64,000 nt of DNA from Clostridiales bacterium UBA4644. GTDB taxonomy: Bacteria > Bacillota > Clostridia > Oscillospirales > Butyricicoccaceae. Positions within the stretch are counted from its first letter, which is position 1. The number at the start of each line of letters is the position of its first letter. Shown piece by piece: positions 54,216-64,000 of this stretch. The stretch spans positions 798-64,797 of the forward strand of contig DHMK01000040.1 in NCBI GenBank assembly GCA_002405755.1. The letters are read 5' to 3'. Position numbers and translations under genes: made by a program. Under the pieces are notes generated by a model, which worked only from the letters and a program-made list of their open reading frames with translations, was not told the origin of the DNA and did no database searches.

Positions 54216-55121
54216 TCATTTCGGCTGCTGTTCGTTTTGCTCCTCCGGGTCAGCCGGTTCGCTTTTTTCGGCGGCTTCCGGCGGAGCGCTCTGGGTCTCC
54301 GAAGCCGCGGCTGCGGCGAAGGGCTTGGGATAGCGCTTTGTGGTGTAGAAATAGATCAGCAGACCCGCCGAAACGACGACGCAGCCAAGGCCGATCAGCT
54401 GGGAGGCCTTCAGGCCCGTATGGCCGATATACAGGCTGTCCGTCCGCAAAAACTCCAGCAGAAAGCGGATCATGCCATACCATCCGGCATACATCAGCGC
54501 CAGCTCGCCCCGAAACTTCCTGCGCCTGGAATAAAAGTGCAGGAAGAGAAAGCCCGCCAGCGTCCAGAGGGATTCATAGAGAAAGGTGGGATGCACCGGG
54601 GCGGCCCCGTTGATCACCATGCCCCAGGGCAGAGAGGTCTCGCCGCCATGGGCCTCCGCATTGATGAAATTGGCCCAGCGTCCGATGCATTGCGCCAGCA
54701 TGAAGCCCATGCCCGCCAGATCGCAGGCGGAAAGAATGTCGCACCGGTGCTTTTTGCAGAAGATCAGCACCACGAGCACCGCCGCGATAACGCCGCCGTA
54801 CATCCCCAGCCCGCCGTTCCAGATCTCGATGATCTCCTTGGGATGGGCGCTGTAATAATCCCACCGATTGATGACGAAATAGATCCGGCAGCCGAGAATG
54901 CCCGCAGGCAGGCCCCACAGGGCCATATCCAGAAACTTGTCCGGCGACCAGCCGAAGTCCGGGCAGCGGCGCAGCACGTAAAGCGTGGCGATCACAAAGC
55001 AGAAGGCCAGGATCACGCCATACCACATGATCTCCTTGCCGAAGAGGGTAAAGGCCACCCGGTTGACATGGAACACATGGTCAAACAGACCAGGAAAGGA
55101 AATATCGTTTACCATAAGCAA
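54216..55121 (-). CDS. lgt: prolipoprotein diacylglyceryl transferase
   Basis: 301-aa ORF with a TTG start (an alternative ATG is at 55115). It contains ..WYGVILA.., RWxYYxxHP, IWNGGLGMYGG and GRWANFIN, followed by a C-terminal Ala/Pro/Glu-rich tail. Confidence 0.9.
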   Translation of the reverse strand: MLMVNDISFPGLFDHVFHVNRVAFTLFGKEIMWYGVILAFCFVIATLYVLRRCPDFGWSPDKFLDMALWGLPAGILGCRIYFVINRWDYYSAHPKEIIEIWNGGLGMYGGVIAAVLVVLIFCKKHRCDILSACDLAGMGFMLAQCIGRWANFINAEAHGGETSLPWGMVINGAAPVHPTFLYESLWTLAGFLFLHFYSRRRKFRGELALMYAGWYGMIRFLLEFLRTDSLYIGHTGLKASQLIGLGCVVVSAGLLIYFYTTKRYPKPFAAAAASETQSAPPEAAEKSEPADPEEQNEQQPK

Positions 55122-55124
55122 AGG

Positions 55125-56042
55125 TCAGCTCTCTTTCTTTTTGTTTTTTGCAGGCAGCGGGATCTGGGCCAGGATCACCGCCGCAAACACCAGCGCGCAG
55201 CCAATGAGCTCCCGGACGCTGAGCTTTTCCTGCAGGATCAGCCAGCCGGAAAGGGCAGCGAAGACGGATTCCAGGCTCATGATCAGCGTAGCCACGGTGG
55301 GGTCGGTATCCTTCTGGCCCAGGATCTGCAGGGTGTAGCCCACGCCGCAGGACAAGACGCCCGCATAAAGAATGGTCCACCGGGCGGCCCAGATGTTGGC
55401 CCAGACCGGCGTGTCGAACACAAGCATCAGCACCAGCGTGATGCCGCCTGCCGTCAGAAACTGGACGCAGGACATCAAAACGCCATCGATCGGGCCGACG
55501 GTAAAGCGGTCGATGGCCATGATATGCAGCGAAAAGAAGAAGGCGCAGCAGAGCACCAGCAGGTCGCCGGTGGAGACGGAAAAGCCATCCTTGACGCACA
55601 AAAGGTAAAAGCCCGCTACGGCGATGGCCACGCAGCCCCAGATGACGGAGGGGATCTTCTTTTTGATGAAGATGCCCAGCAGCGGCACGATGACAATATA
55701 AAGCGCCGTGATGAAGCCGGCCTTGCCGGCGGTGGTCATGCTGACGCCATACTGCTGAAAGCTGCTGGCGATGCAGAGGAAAACGCCGCAGATCAGCCCT
55801 GCCCTGACAGACGCCCGGTCAATGGCCTTCTGCGCCGCAGCGTCCGGGCGCTGCGCTGCGGGACGGAGCCGGCGGGACAGCAGCACCACGGGGAGGAGCA
55901 CCAGCCCGCCCAATACCGTGCGGATGCCATTGTAGGTAAAGGGCTGGACATAATCCATGCCGGCGCTCTGGGCCACAAAGGCCGAGCCCCAAATCAGCGC
56001 CGTCAGCAGCAGAAGAAGATTGCCGCGAAGTTTTTTGCTCAT
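55125..56042 (-). CDS. DMT superfamily (EamA-type) transporter
   Basis: I prefer the start MSKKLRGNLLL at 56042. It has ten predicted TM helices and two EamA repeats. Confidence 0.82.
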   Translation of the reverse strand: MSKKLRGNLLLLLTALIWGSAFVAQSAGMDYVQPFTYNGIRTVLGGLVLLPVVLLSRRLRPAAQRPDAAAQKAIDRASVRAGLICGVFLCIASSFQQYGVSMTTAGKAGFITALYIVIVPLLGIFIKKKIPSVIWGCVAIAVAGFYLLCVKDGFSVSTGDLLVLCCAFFFSLHIMAIDRFTVGPIDGVLMSCVQFLTAGGITLVLMLVFDTPVWANIWAARWTILYAGVLSCGVGYTLQILGQKDTDPTVATLIMSLESVFAALSGWLILQEKLSVRELIGCALVFAAVILAQIPLPAKNKKKES

Positions 56043-56076
56043 GGGATCACTCTTTCTGTATGGGATTTCTTCCCTT

Positions 56077-56105
56077 ACTATAGCAAATCTCCCGATGTTT
56101 GACAA
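56077..56105 (-). promoter_or_regulatory. sigma-A-type promoter for eamA-lgt (TTGTCA-17 nt-TATAGT)
   Basis: The -35 is the rc of 56100-56105 and the -10 is the rc of 56077-56082. Confidence 0.5.
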
Positions 56106-56163
56106 GCGGCTTTCCCCGGCAAGCGGCAAAAAGCCGCCTTTTTTCGCTTTTTTTCATCAAACC

Positions 56164-56191
56164 TTGCTTTTTTCGGCGTTCTGATTATAAT
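56164..56191 (+). promoter_or_regulatory. sigma-A-type promoter for the ABC importer operon (TTGCTT-16 nt-TATAAT)
   Basis: Hexamers at 56164-56169 and 56186-56191, with a T-rich tract upstream. Confidence 0.5.
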
Positions 56192-56291
56192 TAAATTATC
56201 TGTAAACAGCGACAGGGCCGTAAAGCTGCGGCCCGGCCCTTGGAGAGGGGCTGTAATCACTACTACACTGATGGAATAGGAAGGTGGAAGC

Positions 56292-57835
<1,544 letters not shown>

Positions 57836-57839
<4 letters not shown>

Positions 57840-59077
57840 AAAAGCTCATGGAAAAAGAGGGCTTCCGCAGCATCGCGGCGTCGCTGCTCTCCGTGCTCAT
57901 CGGTCTGGCGGCCGGCGCGGTGATCATCCTTGCGGTGAGCCTGGCAGATCCCAGCATCTCGCTGAAGACTGCCTGGGAGGGCATCCGGCTGATGCTGTTC
58001 GGCGTATTCTCCACGGGGCGCGAGGCCGCAGGCCAGCTGACCTTCGGCTTCAATTCGGCCAATCTGGGCAATATGCTCTTCCGAGCCACCCCGCTGATCC
58101 TTACGGGCCTCAGCGTGGCTGTGGCCAATAAGACGGGCCTGTTCAACATCGGCGCGCCGGGCCAGTATCTGGCGGGCGTCTGCGCCACGCTGTTTATCGC
58201 GCTGAGCATCCCCTCCGCAGTCGTTCCCGCATGGATCATCTGGATCCTGGCGTTTTTGGGCGGCGTTTTGGCGGGGGCGGTCTGGGGCGCGATCCCCGGC
58301 CTGCTGAAGGCGCTGCTGAATATCAACGAGGTCATCGCCTGCATCATGACCAACTGGATCGCGGCGAATCTTGTGACCTGGTTTTTCGACGGCAGCAATC
58401 TCAAAAATGTTGCCGAGGGCACCAAGACCGGCTATATCTACAAGACCAGCTTCAACGGCGTGGAGACCTCCAAGATGGGCCTGGACAAGCTGTTCCCCGG
58501 CTCTCAGGTCAACGGCGGCATTCTGATCGCCATCGTGGCGGCCGTCCTGGTCTATATCCTGATCAACAAGACCACCTTCGGCTATCAGCTGAAGGCCTGC
58601 GGCGCAAATCGCCACGCGGCCCGCTATGCCGGCATTCAGGATAAGCGCAATATCGTGCTGTCCATGGCCATCGCCGGCGGCCTGGCCGGCATGGGCGGAA
58701 CGCTTTACTATCTGGCGGGCAATACCGAGTTTTTCTGGTCCACCTATCAGTCTCTTCCCGGCGAGGGCTTCAACGGCATTGCCGTGGCGCTGCTGGCGGT
58801 GAACCATCCCATCGGCGTGGTCTTCTCCGGCATTTTCATGTCGCTGCTGGACATTGCCGGACTGCAGATCACCAACCTGACGGCTTATAATGAATATATC
58901 ACCGATATCATCATCGCCGTCATCATTTATCTGGCGGCCTTCTCGCTGGTCATCAAGCTTTGGCTGGCCGGACGGAAAAAGGCCCGGCCGGAAGCCCCGG
59001 CACAAAGCGCGCCGGACAAGGCCAGGCCGGAAGCGGCGGCTGCGGAGCAGCCGGCAGAAAAGGAGGCGCAGGATTAA
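57836..59077 (+). CDS. ABC importer permease (BMP/nucleoside type, NupB-like)
   Basis: 413-aa polytopic protein with an ATGA overlap with the ATPase gene and a C-terminal Ala/Pro/Glu/Lys-rich tail. Confidence 0.82.
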
Positions 59078-60112
59078 ATGGCATTTCTGATCCGACAGAC
59101 TCTGATCTACGCGATCCCGCTGATGATCGTGGCGCTGGCCGGCGTTTTTGCCGAGCGCAGCGGTATCATCAATCTGGCGCTGGAGGGCATCATGATCTTC
59201 GGCGCGTTTATCAGCGTGAGCTTCATCCGGCTGCTGCAGGCCCAGGGCCTGTTTGACGCGGCGGCCCGCGCCCCGGGCGGCTGGCTGACGCTGCAGGGCT
59301 ATCTGCTGCTGACGCTGCTGGTAACGGCCATTGCAGGCGCGATCTTTTCGCTGCTGCTGGCCTTTGCCGCTATCAATCTGAAGGCGGACCAGACCATCGG
59401 CGGAACGGCGCTGAATATGCTGGCGCCGGCGCTGGTGCTGTTTCTGATCCGCATCATCGCCAAGCAGAACACGCTGCTGCTGCTGGGCGGTGACTCCGCC
59501 ACCTGGTTCATGCTGAAAAAGTCCACCTTCGGCATCCCCAAGGAGCAGGATCTGGGCGTGCTGGGCGAGGCCTTTCTGAACAAGGTCTATCTCACCACCT
59601 ATCTGTGCATCCTGATCTTCGTGGTGCTCTCCGTGATCCTTTATAAGACCCGCTTCGGCCTGCGGCTGCGCTCCTGCGGTGAAAATCCCCAGGCGGCAGA
59701 TTCGCTGGGCATCCATGTGAAAAAGATGCGCTATGCCGGCGTGATCATCTCCGGCGCGCTGGCCGGTCTGGGCGGCGGCGTCTTTTCCATCACCACGGCA
59801 AACTGCTCCTCCAACGGCGATGTGGCGGGCTTCGGCTTTCTGGCGCTGGCGGTTATGATCTTCGGCAACTGGAAGCCGCTGAACATCGCCGGCGGAGCGA
59901 TGCTGTTCGGCCTGTTCAAGTGTATTGCCGCCTGCTTTACCACGCTGGACATCAACGGCGATGGCATCTGCCTTCTGGCGGAGCTGGGGCTCAGCGCCAA
60001 TTTCTACCGGCTGCTGCCCTATGTGATCACGCTGCTGGTGCTGGCCTTCACCTCCAAGAAATCCAGGGCGCCCAAGGCGGAGGGCATCCCCTATGACAAG
60101 AGCCGCCGGTAA
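59078..60112 (+). CDS. ABC importer permease (BMP/nucleoside type, NupC-like)
   Basis: 344-aa polytopic protein directly abutting the previous permease gene. Confidence 0.82.
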   Translation: MAFLIRQTLIYAIPLMIVALAGVFAERSGIINLALEGIMIFGAFISVSFIRLLQAQGLFDAAARAPGGWLTLQGYLLLTLLVTAIAGAIFSLLLAFAAINLKADQTIGGTALNMLAPALVLFLIRIIAKQNTLLLLGGDSATWFMLKKSTFGIPKEQDLGVLGEAFLNKVYLTTYLCILIFVVLSVILYKTRFGLRLRSCGENPQAADSLGIHVKKMRYAGVIISGALAGLGGGVFSITTANCSSNGDVAGFGFLALAVMIFGNWKPLNIAGGAMLFGLFKCIAACFTTLDINGDGICLLAELGLSANFYRLLPYVITLLVLAFTSKKSRAPKAEGIPYDKSRR

Positions 60113-60118
60113 GCCGTC

Positions 60119-60526
60119 ATGGAAGACCGGGAGCTGATCCGGGCGGCCATCGAGGCTCGCCGCAGGGCTTATACGCCCTATTCCCATTATCAGGTGGGGG
60201 CCGCGCTGCTGACGGAGAGCGGCAAGCTTTATCAGGGCTGCAACATTGAAAATGCTGCCTTTTCGCCCACCTGCTGTGCGGAGCGCACCGCCTTTTTCAA
60301 GGCGGTCAGCGAAGGGGAGACCCGCTTTTCCGCCATTGCCATCGTGGCCGGGCCGGAGGGTGAGCTTTTGACGCCGCCCACGCCCTGCGGCGTCTGCCGC
60401 CAGGTGATGATGGAGTTCTGCGATCCGGAGACCTTCCGGATCCTGCTGGCCCGTGGCCCGGAGGATTGCCGGAGCTTCACCCTGCGGGAGCTTTTGCCCC
60501 TGGGCTTTGGCCCGAAGGACCTGTAA
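60119..60526 (+). CDS. cdd: cytidine deaminase (tetrameric type)
   Basis: 135-aa ORF with the zinc ligand motifs CAERTA and PCGVCRQ. Confidence 0.92.
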   Translation: MEDRELIRAAIEARRRAYTPYSHYQVGAALLTESGKLYQGCNIENAAFSPTCCAERTAFFKAVSEGETRFSAIAIVAGPEGELLTPPTPCGVCRQVMMEFCDPETFRILLARGPEDCRSFTLRELLPLGFGPKDL

Positions 60527-60537
60527 AAGACCGATGT

Positions 60538-60568
60538 GCCGGCCGCCCGATACAGGCGGCCGGCGTTT
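60538..60568 (+). terminator. terminator after cdd
   Basis: GCCGGCCGCC-CGATACA-GGCGGCCGGC followed by GTTT. Confidence 0.7.
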
Positions 60569-60591
60569 ACAAACAATTTGCATTTTTCCCC

Positions 60592-60621
60592 TTGACAGCG
60601 CCTGCTTTTCTCCTGTATACT
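60592..60621 (+). promoter_or_regulatory. sigma-A promoter (TTGACA-18 nt-TATACT) driving the riboswitch leader
   Basis: Hexamers at 60592-60597 and 60616-60621. Confidence 0.6.
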
Positions 60622-60626
60622 CAAGG

Positions 60627-60731
60627 GGCAACAAGGGAGTAGTTGCGCATGGCGCTGCCGTGCGCGGCATGATCCGTCATCTCACGCCATCTGGCGTCGG
60701 GTCGTGCCTGAAAGAAAACGAGACTTTTGCC
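60627..60731 (+). promoter_or_regulatory. yybP-ykoY-like (Mn2+) riboswitch aptamer
   Basis: The P1 5' strand GGCAACAAG is immediately followed by GGAGUAG (60636-60642). The 3' side reads ACGAGA-CUUUUGCC (60724-60731) and pairs back to P1. Two internal GC hairpins give a four-way-junction-like layout. The flanking motifs parallel the L. lactis yoaB Mn2+ riboswitch (AAAGGGGAGUAG ... GCAAGACCUUU). Confidence 0.65.
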
Positions 60732-60757
60732 GCGCAGGCGGTAAAAGTCTTTTTTTA
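60721..60757 (+). terminator. riboswitch expression-platform terminator
   Basis: AGACTTTTGCCGC-GCAG-GCGGTAAAAGTCT followed by TTTTTTT. Its 5' arm overlaps the P1 3' strand of the aptamer, so the two structures are mutually exclusive. Confidence 0.8.
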
Positions 60758-60803
60758 TACGCAGAATAAGATCAGAATCTGGTCAAGGAAAGGATGCATT
60801 TTT

Positions 60804-63452
60804 GTGAAGTACTATTGCAGTGAGAAGGAGACCGTGCTGCAATCGCTGGAAACCACGGAAAAGGGCCTCACCGCGGAGGAAGCCCGCCGGCGGCTGGAGA
60901 AAAACGGAAAAAACCGCCTGAAGGCGGAAAAGGGAAAGCCCCTGATCCTGCGCTTTTTTGAGCAGATGGCCGACCCCATGATCCTCATCCTGCTGGCAGC
61001 CGCCGCCATCAGCGGCGTTTTGGCCGTGGTGGAAAACGAAAGCTTCTCCGATGTGATCATCATTCTGGCGGTGGTCATCATCAATGCGGTGCTGGGGGTC
61101 TACCAGGAAAATAAGGCGGAAAAGGCCATCGAGGCCCTGCAGGAAATGTCTGCCGCCACCTCTCGGGTGCTGCGTGACGGCAAGGCCGTCACCATCCACA
61201 GCGAGGATCTTGTGGTGGGCGATATCATCCTGCTGGAGGCCGGCGACGCCGTCCCCGCAGACGGCCGCATTCTGGAAAGCGCCAGCCTGAAGGTGGAGGA
61301 AGCCGCCCTCACCGGCGAATCCGTCCCCGTGACCAAGTTTATCGATATCATCAATCTTTCGGAGAGTGCACGGGACGTCCCCCTGGGCGACCGGAAAAAC
61401 ATGGTCTACATGGGCAGCACCGTGGCCTATGGCCGCGCCACTGCAGTGGTCACCGCCACCGGCATGGATACGGAAATGGGCAAGATCGCCGGCGCGCTGA
61501 CCCAGACCGTCCAGGGCCAGACACCCCTGCAGATCAAGCTGAATCAGCTGTCTAAAACGCTGACCTGGCTGGTGCTGATCATTTGCGCCGTGGTCTTCGG
61601 CGTGCAGCTGCTGCGGGCCGGCGGCCTGAGCTTTGACGTGGCGCTGCATTCCTTCATGATCGCCGTTTCGCTGGCGGTGGCAGCCATCCCCGAGGGCCTG
61701 GCCGCCGTGGTGACGGTGGTGCTCTCCATCGGCGTGACCAATATGTCCAAGCGGGCCGCCATCATCCGCCGGCTCACCGCCGTGGAGACCCTGGGCTGCG
61801 CCCAGATCATCTGCTCCGATAAGACCGGCACGCTGACGCAGAATCAGATGACCGTGGTGGAGACCTATGGCGACGATCCCGAAAGGATCGCCGAATCCTT
61901 CGCCCTGTGTACCGACGCCCGTCTGGAGCCCGGACAGACGGAATCCACCGGCGACCCCACCCAGACCGCCGTGGTCAACTATGCGCTGAAGCTGGGCCTG
62001 CCCAAGTATCAGCTGGAAGCGGAGCATCCCCGGGTGGGGGAGATCCCCTTTGATTCCGGCCGCAAGCTGATGACCACCGTCCATGTTTACGACGATACCT
62101 TTGTGCAGCACACCACCGGCGCGCCGGATGTGGTCATCGGCCGCTGCAGCACCATCCTGCGGGACGGCAAGGTGATCCCCATGACGGAGGAGCTTCGGGA
62201 GGAGCTTCGCATCGCCAACAAGGCCATGGCCGATAAGGCGCTGCGCGTGCTGGCGGCGGGCTTTAAGGTCCTGAAGGAAAAGCCGGAGCGCTGCGAGCCG
62301 GAGGCGATGGAGCATGATCTCTGCTTCCTGGGCCTCTGCGGCATGATCGACCCGGTGCGGCCGGAGGTAAAGGCCGCCATCGCGGAATGCCGCACCGCCG
62401 GCATCCGGCCCATCATGATCACCGGCGACCATATCGACACTGCCGTTGCCATCGCAAAGGAGCTGGATATCCTTCAGCCTGGCGATAAGGCCATCACCGG
62501 CGCGCAGCTGGACCAGATGACCGACGCGGAGTTTGAAAAGGCGTTCCGCAGCATCAGCGTCTATGCCCGGGTCCAGCCGGAGCACAAGACCAGGATCGTC
62601 TCCGCCTGGCGCGGCGCAGGCTATGTCACGGCCATGACCGGCGACGGCGTCAACGATGCGCCCTCCATCAAAACGGCGGATATCGGCGTTGGCATGGGCA
62701 TCACGGGAACCGATGTGACCAAAAATGTGGCGGATATGGTGCTGGCGGACGATAATTTTGCTACCATCGTGGGCGCCGTGGAGGAAGGCCGCCGCATTTA
62801 CGACAATATCCGCAAGGCGATCCAGTTCCTGCTTGGCTCCAACATGAGCGAGGTGCTGAGCATCTTCCTTTCCACGCTGCTTGGCTTTACCATACTGCAG
62901 CCGGTGCATCTGCTCTGGATCAATCTGGTGACCGACTGCTTCCCGGCGCTGGCGCTGGGCATGGAGAGCGCGGAGCCGAATATCATGCGCCGCAGCCCCC
63001 GCAAGGCTACAGACGGCATCTTCTCCGGCGGCATGGGCGTGGATGTGCTGTATCAGGGCGTGTTCATCTCGCTGCTGACCATCGCGGCCTATTTCATCGG
63101 CCATTTCATGGAGTCCGGCGTCTGGGAGATCCCGGCCAACGGCCTGAGCCCCGACGGCACCACCATGGCCTTTGTCACCATGTCCATGGCAGAGATCTTC
63201 CACAGCATGAATATGCGCTCTCAGCGGGGCAGCATCTTCCGGCTGCGCACGAAGAACAAGATGCTGATCTTCTCCTCCCTGGGCTCTCTGCTGGCTACGA
63301 CGCTGGTCTGCGAGGTGCCTGTGCTGGCCCGCGCCTTCGACTTCACCTCTGTGGAGCTGAAGGAATATCTGGCGGCGATGGCGCTGGGCGTCTGCATCAT
63401 TCCGCTGGTGGAGCTGGTCAAGCTGATCCAGCGCAGGAGCAGCAAGGCGTAA
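60804..63452 (+). CDS. P-type (P2, Ca2+/Mn2+-type) cation-transporting ATPase
   Basis: The GTG start at 60804 has AAGGAAAGGA upstream; the 999-aa track ORF runs through the leader and cdd terminator. It has the motifs TGES, CSDKTGTLT, MITGD and TGDGVNDAP. Confidence 0.9.
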   Translation: MKYYCSEKETVLQSLETTEKGLTAEEARRRLEKNGKNRLKAEKGKPLILRFFEQMADPMILILLAAAAISGVLAVVENESFSDVIIILAVVIINAVLGVYQENKAEKAIEALQEMSAATSRVLRDGKAVTIHSEDLVVGDIILLEAGDAVPADGRILESASLKVEEAALTGESVPVTKFIDIINLSESARDVPLGDRKNMVYMGSTVAYGRATAVVTATGMDTEMGKIAGALTQTVQGQTPLQIKLNQLSKTLTWLVLIICAVVFGVQLLRAGGLSFDVALHSFMIAVSLAVAAIPEGLAAVVTVVLSIGVTNMSKRAAIIRRLTAVETLGCAQIICSDKTGTLTQNQMTVVETYGDDPERIAESFALCTDARLEPGQTESTGDPTQTAVVNYALKLGLPKYQLEAEHPRVGEIPFDSGRKLMTTVHVYDDTFVQHTTGAPDVVIGRCSTILRDGKVIPMTEELREELRIANKAMADKALRVLAAGFKVLKEKPERCEPEAMEHDLCFLGLCGMIDPVRPEVKAAIAECRTAGIRPIMITGDHIDTAVAIAKELDILQPGDKAITGAQLDQMTDAEFEKAFRSISVYARVQPEHKTRIVSAWRGAGYVTAMTGDGVNDAPSIKTADIGVGMGITGTDVTKNVADMVLADDNFATIVGAVEEGRRIYDNIRKAIQFLLGSNMSEVLSIFLSTLLGFTILQPVHLLWINLVTDCFPALALGMESAEPNIMRRSPRKATDGIFSGGMGVDVLYQGVFISLLTIAAYFIGHFMESGVWEIPANGLSPDGTTMAFVTMSMAEIFHSMNMRSQRGSIFRLRTKNKMLIFSSLGSLLATTLVCEVPVLARAFDFTSVELKEYLAAMALGVCIIPLVELVKLIQRRSSKA

Positions 63453-63470
63453 CGCATGAGCAAACCCAAG

Positions 63471-63498
63471 GGCGGCAGGGCTTCCTGCCGCCTTTTTT
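63471..63498 (+). terminator. terminator after the ATPase gene
   Basis: GGCGGCAGG-GCTT-CCTGCCGCC followed by TTTTTT. Confidence 0.85.
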
Positions 63499-63514
63499 CT
63501 TTTGCTGCCGCCGG

Positions 63515-63543
63515 TTGACAGTCTGCCCGGCCGGCCTTATAAT
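63515..63543 (+). promoter_or_regulatory. consensus sigma-A promoter (TTGACA-17 nt-TATAAT) for the Nudix gene
   Basis: Both hexamers are perfect, at 63515-63520 and 63538-63543. Confidence 0.7.
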
Positions 63544-63572
63544 AGGCAAAGAAGAAAAAGGGGGGGATCGGA

Positions 63573-63968
63573 ATGACAGAGGTCGTGGCTGCCCTGATCT
63601 GGCAGGGGGAAAGGTTTTTAGCTTGTCAGCGTCCGCCACACAAGGCGCGGGGCCTGCTTTGGGAGTTTGTCGGCGGGAAGGTGGAGCCGGGAGAGACGAA
63701 GGAGCAGGCGCTGATCCGGGAATGCCGTGAGGAGCTGGATGTGACCGTCCGGGTGGGCGAAGTCTTTCTGGAGCTGACCCATGAATATCCGGATCTGACG
63801 GTACATCTGACGCTGTTCCACGCCGGCATTGCAGCCGGAACGCCAAAGCTGCTGGAGCATCAGGCGCTTCGCTGGCTCACGGTAGAGGAGATGGACCAAT
63901 ATCCCTTCTGCCCGGCGGATCAGGCGATTTTGGCCCGCCTGCGGGAGCAATACGGCCGAAAAGCATAA
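63573..63968 (+). CDS. Nudix hydrolase (MutT/8-oxo-dGTP diphosphatase-like)
   Basis: 131-aa ORF with the Nudix box GGKVEPGETKEQALIRECREELDV and a GGGGGG-containing SD. Confidence 0.85.
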   Translation: MTEVVAALIWQGERFLACQRPPHKARGLLWEFVGGKVEPGETKEQALIRECREELDVTVRVGEVFLELTHEYPDLTVHLTLFHAGIAAGTPKLLEHQALRWLTVEEMDQYPFCPADQAILARLREQYGRKA

Positions 63969-64000
63969 CACATAAAAAGCCCTTCGCGGGGAGAACAGCT

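Noticed and set aside
56123-56154. Hairpin GCGGC-AAAAA-GCCGC followed by T-tracts on the plus strand with no upstream plus-strand gene (an orphan terminator).
   Set aside because: The stem is only 5 bp. The T-rich tract sits at about -10 to -40 nt relative to the -35 of the ABC-importer promoter and is more simply an UP-element-like A/T tract between two divergent promoters.
56206-56254. Possible purine/nucleoside riboswitch in the leader of the ABC importer (contains CCGUAAAG and GC hairpins GGGCCG/CGGCCC).
   Set aside because: It lacks the conserved purine-riboswitch junction and loop sequences. The putative helices compete for the same bases and no terminator or SD-sequestering platform follows. 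GC hairpins are expected by chance in this genome.

Overview
This is a 64-kb stretch of visibly high-GC chromosome (well above 60% G+C by eye). It comes from an endospore-forming Firmicute of the class Clostridia; the gene content and order resemble Oscillospiraceae/Ruminococcaceae-type genomes, but that placement is inference only. I can support about 57 protein-coding genes, and almost all are conserved housekeeping or sporulation functions in well-known syntenic blocks. The blocks are: PFOR (partial); comM; degV-pepF-CPBP protease; nth; a radical-SAM gene with pepV; nadE; ppa; the complete spoIIIAA-AH operon plus an Asp23-family gene; a large lipoprotein and a GT4-CsaB fusion; addB-addA; hflX-yigZ; rpmE; a PrsA-like PPIase; a Cys-rich orphan; and lon-engB-lysA. 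These are followed by an M50 protease; scpA-scpB-ytfI-gerW-dacB-rluB; rpiR plus a flavoprotein; cmk-plsC-ispH/S1; a GNAT gene; an ABC exporter; rpsT; gpr-spoIIP; eamA-lgt; a nucleoside-type ABC importer plus cdd; a riboswitch-controlled P-type ATPase; and a Nudix hydrolase. I found no rRNA, tRNA, CRISPR array, transposase, integrase, phage module or recognisable defence system. The many long ORFs antisense to real genes are high-GC shadow ORFs. I do not see a clear multi-gene novel system, so this looks like an ordinary core region. Six things deserve a second look. (1) A yybP-ykoY-like Mn2+ riboswitch with a terminator lies ahead of the 'calcium' P-type ATPase. (2) Four one-mismatch DnaA boxes cluster in a gene-free spacer after comM. 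(3) A 303-aa orphan protein with about 18 cysteines is encoded next to lon. (4) A 790-aa lipoprotein fuses a PstS-like domain to two RsiV/DUF3298-like modules, directly downstream of a GT4-CsaB fusion. (5) spoIIIAE has no canonical start codon and appears to use a CTGA stop/start overlap. (6) A low-GC islet carries a GNAT gene.
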